A stretch of 63,009 bases of DNA, counting the filler, from Reticulomyxa filosa (Eukaryota; Protista; Foraminifera), in assembly GCA_000512085.1 (NCBI GenBank). It is 24 parts of 24 records of this genome, joined end to end, with 100 filler letters (N's around TTAATTAATTAA, not from the genome) between each part and the next. Parts side by side here need not be neighbours in the genome. Positions count along the whole stretch, not along the records: positions 48,754 to 51,066 come from ASPP01046587.1; positions 51,167 to 55,278 come from ASPP01023794.1; positions 55,379 to 56,597 come from ASPP01028843.1; positions 56,698 to 58,993 come from ASPP01014700.1; positions 59,094 to 60,535 come from ASPP01041518.1; positions 60,636 to 61,909 come from ASPP01048820.1; positions 62,010 to 63,009 come from ASPP01043839.1; 17 more parts are not named here. One strand, written 5' to 3'. Positions 49,601 to 62,399 of this stretch are shown here, one piece after another; position 1 is the first letter of the stretch; the number at the start of each line of letters is the position of its first letter. The position numbers and the translations under genes were made by a program. Below the pieces are notes generated by a model that was given only the letters and a program-made list of their open reading frames with translations, searched no databases and was not told the DNA's origin.

Positions 49601-51166
49601 TATCTTCTTTTTCTTTCTACTTGTAAATAGATTCATCTTCCATTTCTTCTAGGGTAACACATGATCTGGATGGTGACACCTTGTCTTTTTATGATATTCT
49701 CGATGATGCAAGGAGGTTTTTTTAATCTCAAGCGACTTAAAGTCTTTTTGATGTTTTATGCTTTTTTTCAAGAAAAATCATTCAATGATGGCAAAAAAGA
49801 ATAGATCAAAGACGAATAATGTCAATAACAATAACAATTATACATCTGTTTGCATTTATGAAATATGGAATCTTTTACACAACCCCCAGACAATTTCAAC
49901 AATGTTTGATTTAATTGTGATTTATATCATTATTTCATATTTTTTAAAGTAAAAAATGCATACGTTGATGCAATTTATCTTTTTTATTTGAAATGTGTTA
50001 TTTGAAAACACGATTTTTCGCATCTTGATGTACGTATATACAATAAAGAAAAATGTCATCATTGTGACCGTTGACTCAATTGTTCGTTTATGAAGTAAAG
50101 CGAAATGACATAGCGGTTTGTCGTATAAAGCTTATTTCTTTGTGTTTTTACTGAAAAAGACATTGTAATTTTTTGTCAATTTTTGCACATGTTCAAATTA
50201 GTTTTTGTTTTTTTCTCTGTCATTCATAACACATTCACATAGAAAGAAAACCTTCACACGACAAGTTATTGCATCTTTGTATTGATAAGGAAATTATTGC
50301 CAATTATTTGCAGAACAAATATTCACGAGACTCAAAGCCTTTTCTCGGTGCGTTGAGTTGCTGTTGTTGCAAACGCAGTTAACTTAACAAAAGTGTCACA
50401 ACCTAGGCCGAAAACAATGATGAAACAGAAGATTTGCCTTCAAACAGCAGATATCGTAATTAGGAGGTAAAAGACTTCAATCTTGATCTATTTTTTAATA
50501 AAAAAAAGAAACAACCCCCTTTGAGTTGTTTTTTTTGGAAACTTAATTTTCAATTTTTTTGGTTTTGGTGCTGATAATAGTTTTTCGAATGTGTAATTTC
50601 GTTTTCTTTTTTTTGAAACTTTAGGCAGAATATAGTTTTTATTCACTTAGTCTTACAACACTTTGAAGAACACAAACCCTGGAGTGTTTATAAGATCAAA
50701 CAAGACAGAGGATGATTGGAAATGCCTGACTAATCAAGAAATTTTGAATACGTCCATGCCGTTCAAAAGTATACATGTCTCAAATCTGATCAAAATAAAA
50801 TTAAAATTGCGTTAATTTGTGCTAGACGTCGGTGTCATCTTTTCACATTTTATTCAAAGTTTTTTTTATTTGCTTTGTCTTGTCTCGAAAAAGTAGCAAC
50901 GAAAGCACATTGTCATATTTTACGACAAAATTGTATGTTTTGATATTGATATTGAAAGTCATTCTGTTGAATGTACGCTTATTTGATCTTTTAGGCTATT
51001 ATAACATTTTTTGTTTCACTGAACTTTAATGATTGGAAGGACACAAGCTTTGCGTATCAATGATGCNNNNNNNNNNNNNNNNNNNNNNNNNNNNNNNNNN
51101 NNNNNNNNNNTTAATTAATTAANNNNNNNNNNNNNNNNNNNNNNNNNNNNNNNNNNNNNNNNNNNN

Positions 51167-53409
51167 GCAAATGCAAGCAATTAAGTGCAAATTTTCATCA
51201 AACTATAGGTAATGCAGAATATAATTTGCAAAATTTTGGTTTTGAAAAAGTAAACAATAAAGATTGGTATTACCTACGAGATATTCAAATATTGTATTTG
51301 TGGAATTGTTATCGCAAATGGATTAACACACAGCTCATGTAATTTTTTTTTGTTTATAAATCAATATTGAATATTTACTCCAAAATGTATTTTATTAAAA
51401 CAGATACAAGACAAAATTAAATATTCCAGAAAAAATATTTATGTTGAGGAATGGAAAATGGAAAGAATATGAGATTGCATTTGATTATGAATATCGAAGA
51501 ATCGTGCTATTTGATAATGTAAAATTGAAAGTGAAGTCGTTACAAGTTGGAAATCCAAAGAAATTATCTTTGGAATTCAATGTCCACATTCAATGGTATA
51601 ATGATCTTTCTGATGTTGAAAATACTTGTTCAAAGAGATTTTGTCTCATTCTCAATCATACTTGGCACTTTCGTTCATTTGATAGCGAAGAAAGAGAAAA
51701 ATTATCAGACTGTTGCTCTGTTAATGCAGTCAAACACAAATATCTCTTATTTTAGTTAAATCTCTTCTCAATATAATGAAAATTTTGTTGTTGTAATTTT
51801 CACATGGATAGGAATTTAATTCATTTAATGTGATATGGAAAGATATGTTAAAACAATCACATAAAGAACCATTCAATCCTTATTCAATCACTTTGGAACA
51901 AGGAATTCAACATCTAAAAGATAAATTACAAATACAAGAGCATGCTCTAAATGGCGCAGATGAATTGATTTTGTTCAATTGTGAATTTGACAATTATGAG
52001 CCACCTCTTTCTTCAAACCTAGATCAGAATATATTATTACATAATATTTACAAACATCTTCCTCATTATCCAAATATTCAAGTTTATTGGCAAATAAAAG
52101 GTGGATTCATTGTACCATATAAACGCACAATTGGTATAGAAAGAAGCAATCTACCAAAGGGTATTTCAATTCAAGATATTGTTATTCCATCAAGTCAAAA
52201 ACGTACATTCAATCCATTTTTGTATGAATGTGATTTGCATAAACTTAAGATAATAGAAGATAACTTGCATTCAATCAAACCATCAAGTAATAATGAATTG
52301 AAATTATTGTTTCATGAAGTGATAAAGAATGATTATTTGACAGATTTGGTCTGTAGAAAGTTACGATTACAAGGTGAAGAAGTAACCAAACAACAAATTA
52401 ATTATAATGAAAAGAGTGCAGATGAATTGATATTAAGTGATAAAATATTAACAATACTAAATGAATTGAAGATATTATTTCATGATGATATTCACAAACA
52501 AATGGGATATCCACTTCAATTTTATCATATTTGCGCAGTATTATTGTATTGTGGTAGAGCATCTAATATTCAATTTAGTTGTGATCAAATCCAATTTAAA
52601 CATTATAAATGGCCCCATTTAGATCAGTATTTATGTGATGCCATCAGTATTTTACACAAATATGAAAGGAGAGAAGAAAATGATATGGAATTATATTGCG
52701 GATTGAAAGGAGTAAGACTGGAGAATATTGAAAAAAAAATCAAAGCAGGCAATTTTATAAGTCATGTAAGCACTTCTGATGATATAGAACTTGCACGAAT
52801 GTATAGAAGTGATCAAGGATGTATTTTACACTTTCATCCTTCAATGAGACGAGCAAGTACAATTGATAGTTGTGATGTATCGTGGATATCCCCATTCAAA
52901 CATGAGCGTGAGATTTTGTTTTCAAGATCATGGGTGTCATTTATTCACGATGAAAAAACACACAAAGAATTACTTTCATGGAATGCAAAAGTAGAGAGCG
53001 AAGATGAATTTACACAAATGCTATTGTTGACATGGGTGAAATATGATGAATTCATCAATCAGACTCTTGAAATCAGTTCAATATGGAATTATCGCATTGA
53101 CTTAAATCTCATTTATGTTGCTCTTTATTATTATTGTAAACGAGATATCGATAAAACATATTCACTGCTGTTTGAATTTGAAGAATGGAAGTCGAAAGAT
53201 AACAATAAACAAAAATACAAAGTGAGGATGGATAAATTTAGAGAAAGACGTTGTTGCAATGATCACGTGAATTTATTTTGTATTTTTTGTCTGAAAAGAA
53301 CATTACAGGTCGTAGTGATATTGAAGATTCAGTGATAAATATAGTAAATAATGGATTACCATTTGTTGAAAAAGACAAAGACATAGAGAGAATTAAGCCA
53401 GATTTGTAA
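51167..53409 (+). CDS. PH-like domain + ARTC (R-S-E clade) mono-ADP-ribosyltransferase-like domain + UBA-like C-terminus; 5'-partial, multi-exon
   Basis: Intron 51720-51811 joins the two ORFs in frame. ART motifs LYCGL (52691), FISHVSTS (STS at 52769) and DVSWISPFKHEREILF (ExE at 52904-52912). A probable homopolymer frameshift at about 53285 would put the true end at ..NGLPFVEKDK..L* (53409). Confidence 0.8.
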
Positions 53410-55226
53410 AAAATTTCTTATCTAAATTGTATAATTCAAAGAGTATCCTTAAAGTGAAAGTATAACAAAATACTTTAGGTTATAACCTAAACTGTGATGT
53501 TCTCTGTTATTCACTGCAAGCGGTGCCTTTCTCTAATTAACCTTAAAATATACTTTATAAATATCTTGGAACACAAGCGATTTGTACATCGAATGCTTGT
53601 AGAAAAAACCAAGAAGCAAAATACACAATTTGTACCAGCATGCGTAACATAAATTTATTTACATCTTTCTTTTCAATGAATTAAACTCTGTTTAGAGGCT
53701 TTCAATATTTTTTAATTATCACCTTTGTAGGCATTATCCACACCAACTAGAATGTCAATTGTTTGACCAAAAGTCGCCAAAACAGCCAAGAAATAAACGA
53801 TAGCGCGCAGGGGCATAAGCTCGTAAATATAACAAAAGGAATTTACCACCCGTCCAATGATGAAAATGATTGCAAGGGTTCACAAAGTGTGCGATTCACA
53901 AAATCAACAGCCCCACTGGTACATCTTCCAAATTATTTAGTACAATCCCTTGCCATTGTTTTTCACAAAGTTCGTTGCTAAAATAAAATACAAATAAAAT
54001 GGATATAATATTCGCAAGCTATTGTACTTATGGACTCAGTGATCGTTTCTACAATATATAGTATACCATTTTGAAATCAATCCTTTTGTTTTTTTTGCGT
54101 GCTATTTATTTCACAATCAAACAATTTTAACAAAAAGAGAGGTTGAGTAATATTCAAACTTAACTTTTGGGGCTGTTGCACGATGTTTTCCTTGTAACAA
54201 CGTCGTAAGCCAAAACTTAACAAAAATTACAAAGCTACAGAGGGCAAGGAGCAATAACGTGGTACTTTTTTCATTTTGAAGGTCTTGTTCAACTGTTGAA
54301 GCTTCAGTTTTTTAAAAATATTTCTTTTTTTCACTGTTTACTATAAAAAGGAGTCTTGATAAAATGTATTGATTAAAAGTGTTATTTTGGTAAAATATGC
54401 TGCGAAAAATTGAAAATTACAACTTTCATTTATACAAAGTTCAGTTGGACAACGTAAAAATGATTTTTCCCTTTTTTTTTGACGACGTTCGTGTTCTTTA
54501 GGTTGGTGTTACATATGTACCCGCCGTTCAAATCTCCAGTTTCAAATGATATCCATGTTGCTACAATCAAATTAGATATTATTCGCAAATCATAATGTAA
54601 ATTCCACATCAAATGAATATCACAATCAATGGCTTGGCAAAAAAATAAAAGATAATGTCACTAGATATTATGTGACTATTTATTCTAGTTACTTCCGATG
54701 TATCAAAAAACAAATAAACAAGAAAAATGATATATATGAAGAAAAAAGCTTTGATAAGCACGATCAAAGAGTGTATTTCAATTTATGTACGTATATATAA
54801 AAATGTGTAATAGATAGTATGCTAGGACTTCTAGCACTAACGTTGTGCTCAAAACAAGGCTGCAATAGCAATTTGCACAACTACGACGGTACAACTCCGC
54901 AGCAATCCACGCACAAGCTATGAAATTGTTTGCTATGATTGCGTTGTGTCAAGTCGAAAAAGTTATTTGGCAGTCGTTAAGAGTACTATAGCTCATTGCT
55001 CAAGACTTGCCTAGTGTTGGTGTGTAATTATCTTCATGCAAGACAATGAATAAATTGATTGATCCAGTTGTTGAATACGCTGGTCAATGTCTGAAATTGA
55101 AACGCATTATCGATTGTAATGATAATAATTGTGTTTTGTTGCCAGCATGTGGATCAATTCATTGATAGTGTAATCCCATCACAACATTATGGCCAGCGCG
55201 TGGCAGATGACATAGAATATGCCAAA

Positions 55227-55278
55227 TACAGTATATTGCAAAAAAACCCGCCATACCTAAATGGCACTATATGAAGAG
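55227..55278 (+). mobile_element. DNA transposon/MITE terminus, copy 3
   Basis: TA|CAGTATATTGCAAAAAAACCCGCCATACCTAAATGGCACTATATGAAGAG at the contig end. Confidence 0.75.
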
Positions 55279-55378
55279 NNNNNNNNNNNNNNNNNNNNNN
55301 NNNNNNNNNNNNNNNNNNNNNNTTAATTAATTAANNNNNNNNNNNNNNNNNNNNNNNNNNNNNNNNNNNNNNNNNNNN

Positions 55379-55904
55379 AACCATAATGGCCCATACTATT
55401 CAATAACTCGTGACTATGTCGTCGGTGATCGAGTTGAATTAATTAACAATGAAAAAGGTGTTTTTTTAACATACATACGCGCTATTGTATACTTATGTAA
55501 ACATAATGTACATATAAACATGCCTATGTTATTAATCCCTTTTTTTGCACTTTTTAATTTGTTGAATTCATACCGATTTTTGACAGCTTAAAAAAATAAT
55601 CTGTTGACTTTTTGCAGGTGTGATCAAATATATTGGGAAATTCCATTTTGGGAAGACGACAGGTTTAGCATTAAATTGGACGAATTCAACAGAAAGTCAT
55701 GGCTTGTTTGTTACAAGAGAGACAATTGTTAAACTATTGGACAACGGCAGTCACAATGAAGAAGTATTCTTCGAAGTAGACGATTGTATTTTGCTTAAAG
55801 ACAAAGCCATGGGTCAGTCTTACTTTAAGCATTCCGAATTTGGGGAGATCCATGACGGAAAAATCAATGACAAAGAGTATTTCAAGAGACAACAGCTGCA
55901 ATAA
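55379..55904 (+). CDS. CAP-Gly-like domain protein, 5'-partial
   Basis: YVVGDRVELINNEK|GVIKYIGKFHFG joined by GT-AG intron 55458-55617; later GEIHDGKINDKEYF resembles GKNDGSVxGxRYF. Confidence 0.55.
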
Positions 55905-57524
55905 TTAGAAATAGAGGTGTTGGATCCGAAATTCACGATAAACAGAAGCAAAAACACATAACCAGAGTTTGTTGAAAAGAAAATCAACAGTAGATTTTGA
56001 ACTTCTCTTAAAAAAATTTTTCGTCAAAATAAGTTGTATACAAAAGATATGAAATGTCAGACATTTTAGGAAATTTTCTTGTCGACAAAATGTTAGCATG
56101 TTTAGTGCAACTAACTTAACAAAAATCTCCAGCGTTTTCTCTTGTAGCTGTAAATTCAAAATTCCAGTGACCATTTTACATAACAAAAAAAGAAATGAGC
56201 AATTATATGCAAAAACAAGCGCCTTCAGAGGACACAGTGCTACTGATTTACAACACAAGTATCTGAGTGCGTTTCCCTAGAAGAGACGACTTGTCATTGA
56301 TAAGAATATCCAAACTATCCATTGAAACATATATTGATAGAATGAATCCAAACACCGCCACATAAGGAACATTCATTTCATGATGACTGATCAGTTATAA
56401 CTGGCATTGCAAATTGTTTGCAACATCTCTCACAACATGCTTATGAAAAGATTATAGCAACGAGTTGCTCAATCAGACACTTTCTCAAAAATATAGCATT
56501 GTTTTATTTTCATTTATTATTATTATTTTTTGCTATGTTGTCATCACAACATGTACATCTTTTGTTTTGCTTAGGAATGACTAGATGTAAAAGAGACNNN
56601 NNNNNNNNNNNNNNNNNNNNNNNNNNNNNNNNNNNNNNNNNTTAATTAATTAANNNNNNNNNNNNNNNNNNNNNNNNNNNNNNNNNNNNNNNNNNNNGAG
56701 GGAACAAAAATAGACCAAAGCTTAGTACATATGTGCATATACTTTTTGGTGTGCATCCACACCTGGCCGTGTTGGTGTTGCCTCTACACCTGGGGAACCT
56801 ACAAGTTGTTGGCTGCTCGAGTGTATACTATAACATGTCACATCATCAATATGCGTGTTTTTGGTATTTTTTCTTCTTTGCTGCGTACAAAAAAAAAAAG
56901 CACTCTTCTTCATATAGAATTCAAGCTATAAAACACAAAATATCGAAACCTCTCGGATTGTGTAAGAATTAGGTCCGAAGACGACATAGATATATCCGAT
57001 TACTTGCTGGCATACAACAATAAAAGGAATAGAGACTTTTTTTGTATTTCTTATCTTCACTAAATCAATTTCATTGATTACTGTCGCTTTTTCTATTCTC
57101 AAGAGAATAATTAATTTGCACTACTTGAGAAATAAATGTCTGAGTCCCTCCGTAAGGCAGTATTTAAAAAAAAGCTTCTGTTTTATTCTTTTTCTCTTGA
57201 TTTGAGTAATAAAAGATATAATCACAATGAAATTGGTGGTAGAATGCAAAAGAAAAAAATGTTGTTGAAGATGCAGATGAGAAAAATGAAAGATAGAATA
57301 TTTGTATTAAAAAAAAATGTGTATTTCAACTCAATTGTAATAATGAATTTTCAAAATTCAGAGAAGATGTTAGAAAGCAAAGGAACATTTGTACACGCAA
57401 AAGCCTCAAAGTAACAAACTAATAATGATAGAGAGAGAGAGTGTGTAGAAGAGAGAAACATACATACAAACAGACAAACGAATAAAGATCGTTGAGTAAC
57501 CAAATGGTGATGACAGCTGTAAGT

Positions 57525-58844
57525 TCAAGGCATCAAAATTTGCTCACACTTTGGACACTTGGGGAACTTGTCGAGCCACTTGCCAACGATCATGAGCATG
57601 AGCTCTTGCACTTTTTCTCCAGTCTTGCAAGAGATTTCTCCACCAAAGATGATGTTATTTTGTTGGCAGAAAGCCTTGGCAACTTCGACGGGCACCTGTC
57701 GAGTGAACTTGGAAGGTAAAAAGGGGTTGTTTGAATAAGGATAGAAGCCGGAACTGCCTTTGGCACCACTGTCAAAGCTGGCTGTGGAAGCATGTGCAGA
57801 TCTTTTCTGACTTTGGTTTTTTTTCAAGTTTTGTTGACTTTTTGAAAACTGGTGTTGTTGATGATGATGATGATGAGAAGAGATTACCGCATTGGTATAG
57901 TCATCATTGTCATTATTTACATTTTCGTTATTATTATTATTATTATTGTTATCATTAACTTGTGGCAAACTTTTTTTAGCAAGTAAATTTCTTTTGGATT
58001 GTGACACTTGGATATTATTATTATTATTAATGGTGCTATTGTCGAAATAAGTTGAAACGGCAGTTGGAAATCGGTTTCTTCCGCGTGTTAGACTCAAACT
58101 CAGATTCAAGTTCATGTTGATGTTATGGATGTGCTGGGTAGACTGGGACCACATTCCGAACATGGCCCTCCTTTCCTCTTCCAACAACGAAAAGGTCCCT
58201 CCAGCGGTAGTGATGACAGTGATCAATTGGTCCACTTTGTTTCCCACGAGCACGACCAGAGGTGGACCCACGGTCATGTCCATGAACGAAGGGGAAGAGA
58301 CAGTCGAGGAGGAGGAGGAGGAGGAGGAAGGGTCGACAGATGCAACCTGACTTAAATCACCTCGTTGTTGGTTCCATTTCAATTGCGATATCTCGCTCCA
58401 CAACACCGTGCGACAGTAGTCAAATGTGTCCTTGTTGCATATATCATACATCAGCAGAATCACATTCATCGAATCGTAGTACACGCCCGGCACACACGTG
58501 GTTTCATCCACAAACCGTGCTAATGTCGGTCGGTCGTGGATGTACATGTCCACAACTATTGTCTGTTTCGTCTGATATAAGTTGGGACTGATCCCTGTTG
58601 TTACTGTTGTTGTTGTTGTCCCTGTGGGTGTTGTGGGTGTTGTTGGTGTTGTTGGTGTTGCACTTCCTGCTGTCGTACTTGTTGATTGAACATTGTTTTT
58701 ATATGTGTATACGTAAGGCATATATCTTTGATACACTTTAATCGTGGTCACGTACGCATCTTCAAACTCATTTTGCAAATAGCGTAATAAAAAAGCTGTC
58801 TTTCCACATTGGGTCATTCCATTCAATGCAATTTTTAATATCAT
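57525..58844 (-). CDS. Atypical Ras/Rab-superfamily small GTPase with long low-complexity insertions
   Basis: G1 GMTQCGKT, G2 YVTTI, LMYDI..KDTFD, G4 LVGNKVD, G5 EISCKTGEKV; G3 degenerate; T-, S-, N- and H-rich inserts. Confidence 0.85.
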   Translation of the reverse strand: MILKIALNGMTQCGKTAFLLRYLQNEFEDAYVTTIKVYQRYMPYVYTYKNNVQSTSTTAGSATPTTPTTPTTPTGTTTTTVTTGISPNLYQTKQTIVVDMYIHDRPTLARFVDETTCVPGVYYDSMNVILLMYDICNKDTFDYCRTVLWSEISQLKWNQQRGDLSQVASVDPSSSSSSSSTVSSPSFMDMTVGPPLVVLVGNKVDQLITVITTAGGTFSLLEEERRAMFGMWSQSTQHIHNINMNLNLSLSLTRGRNRFPTAVSTYFDNSTINNNNNIQVSQSKRNLLAKKSLPQVNDNNNNNNNNENVNNDNDDYTNAVISSHHHHHQQHQFSKSQQNLKKNQSQKRSAHASTASFDSGAKGSSGFYPYSNNPFLPSKFTRQVPVEVAKAFCQQNNIIFGGEISCKTGEKVQELMLMIVGKWLDKFPKCPKCEQILMP

Positions 58845-58993
58845 ATTATTATTGTTGTTATTATTGCTGTTATTGTTATTATTATTATTATTATTATTGT
58901 TATTATTATTGTTATTATTGTAAATGCTATTGTAACTATAATTGTAATAACTATTGCTATTATTATTATTATTGTTATTATTATTATTATTAT
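58845..58993. repeat. (TAT/TGT)n trinucleotide microsatellite (possible poly-Asn extension of the GTPase ORF)
   Basis: Direct inspection. Confidence 0.85.
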
Positions 58994-60179
58994 NNNNNNN
59001 NNNNNNNNNNNNNNNNNNNNNNNNNNNNNNNNNNNNNTTAATTAATTAANNNNNNNNNNNNNNNNNNNNNNNNNNNNNNNNNNNNNNNNNNNNTGTTAGG
59101 TTGTTTGAAGAGAAGAGCCAAAAGCATCGTTGTAATGTCCAAGAGAACTTTTTCTAAAAAGGTAAAACTTTTTCTACTCAACAGAAAAACCGTTACTTAA
59201 AGAAATAATGATTCATTCAAAAAAAAAACAATTTTAATTTTCAATTTTCTGTGATTATCCGTTTTTTTGAATCATAATTGTTGAAATACAATACAAAAAA
59301 TTTTAATAATTTTTTTAATAATTTTTTTGTCAAAATATTTAAAAAAATTGTAAATTTACATCTTTTTTTGTAAATATTTATAAGTTATGAATTTGCGTTG
59401 TAACGAAAAAAAGGTCTTTTTTTTTTTGTTGTCTCTGTATCTCTAGCACCTCGTACCAGCTCGTAATTAGGGTGATTGCACCCTCTTTCACTAGTATGTC
59501 TTTTTGCTTTTGTTTTTTTCAAATAATTTTCAACTTAAAAAACAAAAGTGGTTTGCTTTTAAACAGACTTCCACTTTTTTTTTAAAAAATGGCGTTTTTT
59601 ATCGGATGCTGTGCGTCCTTCAACAAAAGAAAAAGAAAATGGGGTAAGGCCCCCCGTCTCCACAAGGAGAAAATCAGGTTTGTTATATATAATTTTTTTT
59701 TATTTTATTTTTTTTAACATAAATAATTTATGTGTTTTGCAACAACAGCCGAAGCCCTATATTCAAAAAAATAAAAAAAAATTATACATACCATACCTCC
59801 AAAGAAAAACTTCGGGGTGGAAGCCAACCCCGTGTCCAAATAAAAATTAAAAGGTTTATTTTTTTTTATTTTTTTATTTTTTTTAATAAAAAGTATACGT
59901 TTGTTTGTTAATAGGCATGCCCCCATCAAAAAAAATAAATGTGTGTAATCCATCTCTCCATCCCCGTGCAAAAGGAAAAAAAAAGTATAGTATTGGAATT
60001 GGAGCTTTTAGCTCCAAAGTCAAGTTTTGTTTGTTTTTTTTTTCTTTAAAAAAAATGAAAAATTCTTTATTTTGTCTATATGTTGATAGGAGTCAAGATC
60101 GAGCAATTGGAAGTTTTTTTGTTTTTATTTTATATTTTTTATTTTTTATTTGAGTGAGAGGGTAGTGAAAATTGGGTGA

Positions 60180-60535
60180 TAAAAAATGTGAAAAAATGTA
60201 GGGAAAAATGTGGGGAAAAAATGAAGATAAATGTTGGGAAAAAATGAAGATAAAAAGGGTTGGGGAAAAAATGAAGGGAAAAAAAGGGTGGGAAAAATTT
60301 GGAAAAAAATTTTATTTAAGAAAAGAGAAAATTTAAAAAGAATTAGAAAATTAAAAATGAAAAAAATGTTAGAAATAAAAATAAAAAATTAAAAAAATAA
60401 CAATGTGGAAAAAAGAAAAAAAATTAAAATGAGAAAAAAGATAAAAGAAAGATAAAAGAAAGATAAAAAGAAAAAAAGAAGAAAAAAAAAGAAAAAAAAG
60501 GAAAATGAAAAAGTGAGAAGAATAAGAAGAGCAAA
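60180..60535. repeat. Purine-rich low-complexity region (GGAAAAAATGAAGATAAA and AAAGATAAAAG units)
   Basis: Direct inspection; possibly a low-quality read end. Confidence 0.6.
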
Positions 60536-62399
60536 NNNNNNNNNNNNNNNNNNNNNNNNNNNNNNNNNNNNNNNNNNNNTTAATTAATTAANNNNNNNNN
60601 NNNNNNNNNNNNNNNNNNNNNNNNNNNNNNNNNNNTAATGTGATTGGAAAATACTTGAAATACGTATGATGAATACACAAGTATATAACATAGGTCTCAA
60701 AGAATACAATATATGTCAATCGAACATTGGAAAATGGTGGTTGCGGTGTTGGCAAGCGATGCGAAGTGAAATCAAATAATGCCAAGTTTATGGCATATTC
60801 GATTGCAAGTATTGACACTTGCCTCAAATATTGTTTGTCTTTTGTTCCACTTGCAATTTCTTTGATTTTTTTTATTTTAATAATTGAAGTGTCTTCTCCA
60901 GCTACCGATATCTCATCAAATTATATTCATTGTAAAAAATTTCTAAATTTGAATATTTTGAATCTAAAAGAAAGCTCAAATCGAATCTGTCTCTTTGAAA
61001 AACTCTATGATAATATGAAATAGACTATTCTATTATTTAGAGTTGGTGCCAAAAAAAAAAATAAGTGCTCACGTAAGCGTCGACTATACAAAATAGGAAC
61101 TGTTTACAAGTTCATTTGAAAAGATATGCGAAGGAGCCAATTCGTGGTGTCTCTTTGTTGCAATGTTGTCTTCATTGTGTTCGTCCAGCTGCGCAAAATT
61201 CTCAAAATCCGTTATCATTGTCATCAGCTCTTTTGTCAGTTTCAAGATACCTCTCTCTTGGAGTATGCTGTGATCTTGACGCACATTCAGCAGTTGCTGT
61301 AGCGTATCCGCCACTGGTCGCAGTTGTGATGCCATATTTTTCTTTTCGAGGATCCCTTTTTTACGTTATATCTGTTTTGGAGGATCTTGACTTTAAAAAC
61401 AATTGTAATTTGCAAATCCCAATGCTTGGGAACTTCTTTTCGATAATAAAGTTTGTCGTCCACTACTCCTAATCCCAAGTACTGCAATTGCAAGCGTGTT
61501 TGACGTGTTCTTGACGCTTCCATGTTTTGATAATGTATCATTGTGTTGCTTGTGTTGTACATCTATTTGTGGTTTTTCTTCTGTTTGTCTGTTTTCTGTG
61601 TCAGAGTTTTTTCCCAAAAAGAGGAACTTTTCGGCTTCGTCCCAAACTGAGTCATATCTAACTTTGTTATGCTTTGTTTTTCAAAATCCTTTTTTATAAG
61701 ACAGCAAGTGTTCTGGATAGTCAAAGTATTAAAATGATAGATTTGAAATGTTTTGAAGTAAATTTTAGCTTATTTGATCACAACAAAGTGATAAAAAACA
61801 TGACCCCGTTAAACAGATTGAATGTACAATAAAAAAATTTTATGTTAACAAGTCTCACAAAAACAAAAAAAAACTAAAGCGTACAGAAACATTGAGAAGC
61901 TTCATTGCANNNNNNNNNNNNNNNNNNNNNNNNNNNNNNNNNNNNNNNNNNNNTTAATTAATTAANNNNNNNNNNNNNNNNNNNNNNNNNNNNNNNNNNN
62001 NNNNNNNNNGTTATATTATTTGTTTGAAAATTAAACAAAAAACGAAACTGAGTTTTTCATAATCCAAACAAAGCCTATCGGAATTCTATGTTTAATATAG
62101 CTTTTAATTGCTTTTTCTTGTTTAAGGCAATTACCTGGAAGAATTTTTTCTAATTATTTTACAAATTATCGGTTTTAAATACGGCATTTTCGTATTTTAC
62201 TACGATACTAATTGTACAATAGATTGTCTAAAATCTATCTTTAAAATTTCCTCTTTTGTTAGTCTTTACTAATTCGTTGTGACTATTTTCTCGGCCATTC
62301 TTTTCCTTGGAAGCTTTTTTTTATAGTTTTCGTCGGAGCCAATAGAATCCCTGATATGTCTTGTCTTTTCACTATTTACAAATGGGACTGTTCAGCACT

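Noticed and set aside
46460-53409. NACHT-WD40, TRAF-like remnant and ART gene as a physically linked defence cluster
   Set aside because: They lie on three different contigs separated by spacers, so their proximity is arbitrary.
59589-61700. Possible gene fragments in the last AT-rich contigs
   Set aside because: Short broken frames with no recognisable motif; a product call cannot be supported.
6001-62009. Regularly recurring TTAATTAATTAA within N-runs as a biological repeat or CRISPR-like array
   Set aside because: Identical 100-nt artificial linkers with six-frame stops used to concatenate contigs; ORFs running into X residues are artefacts.
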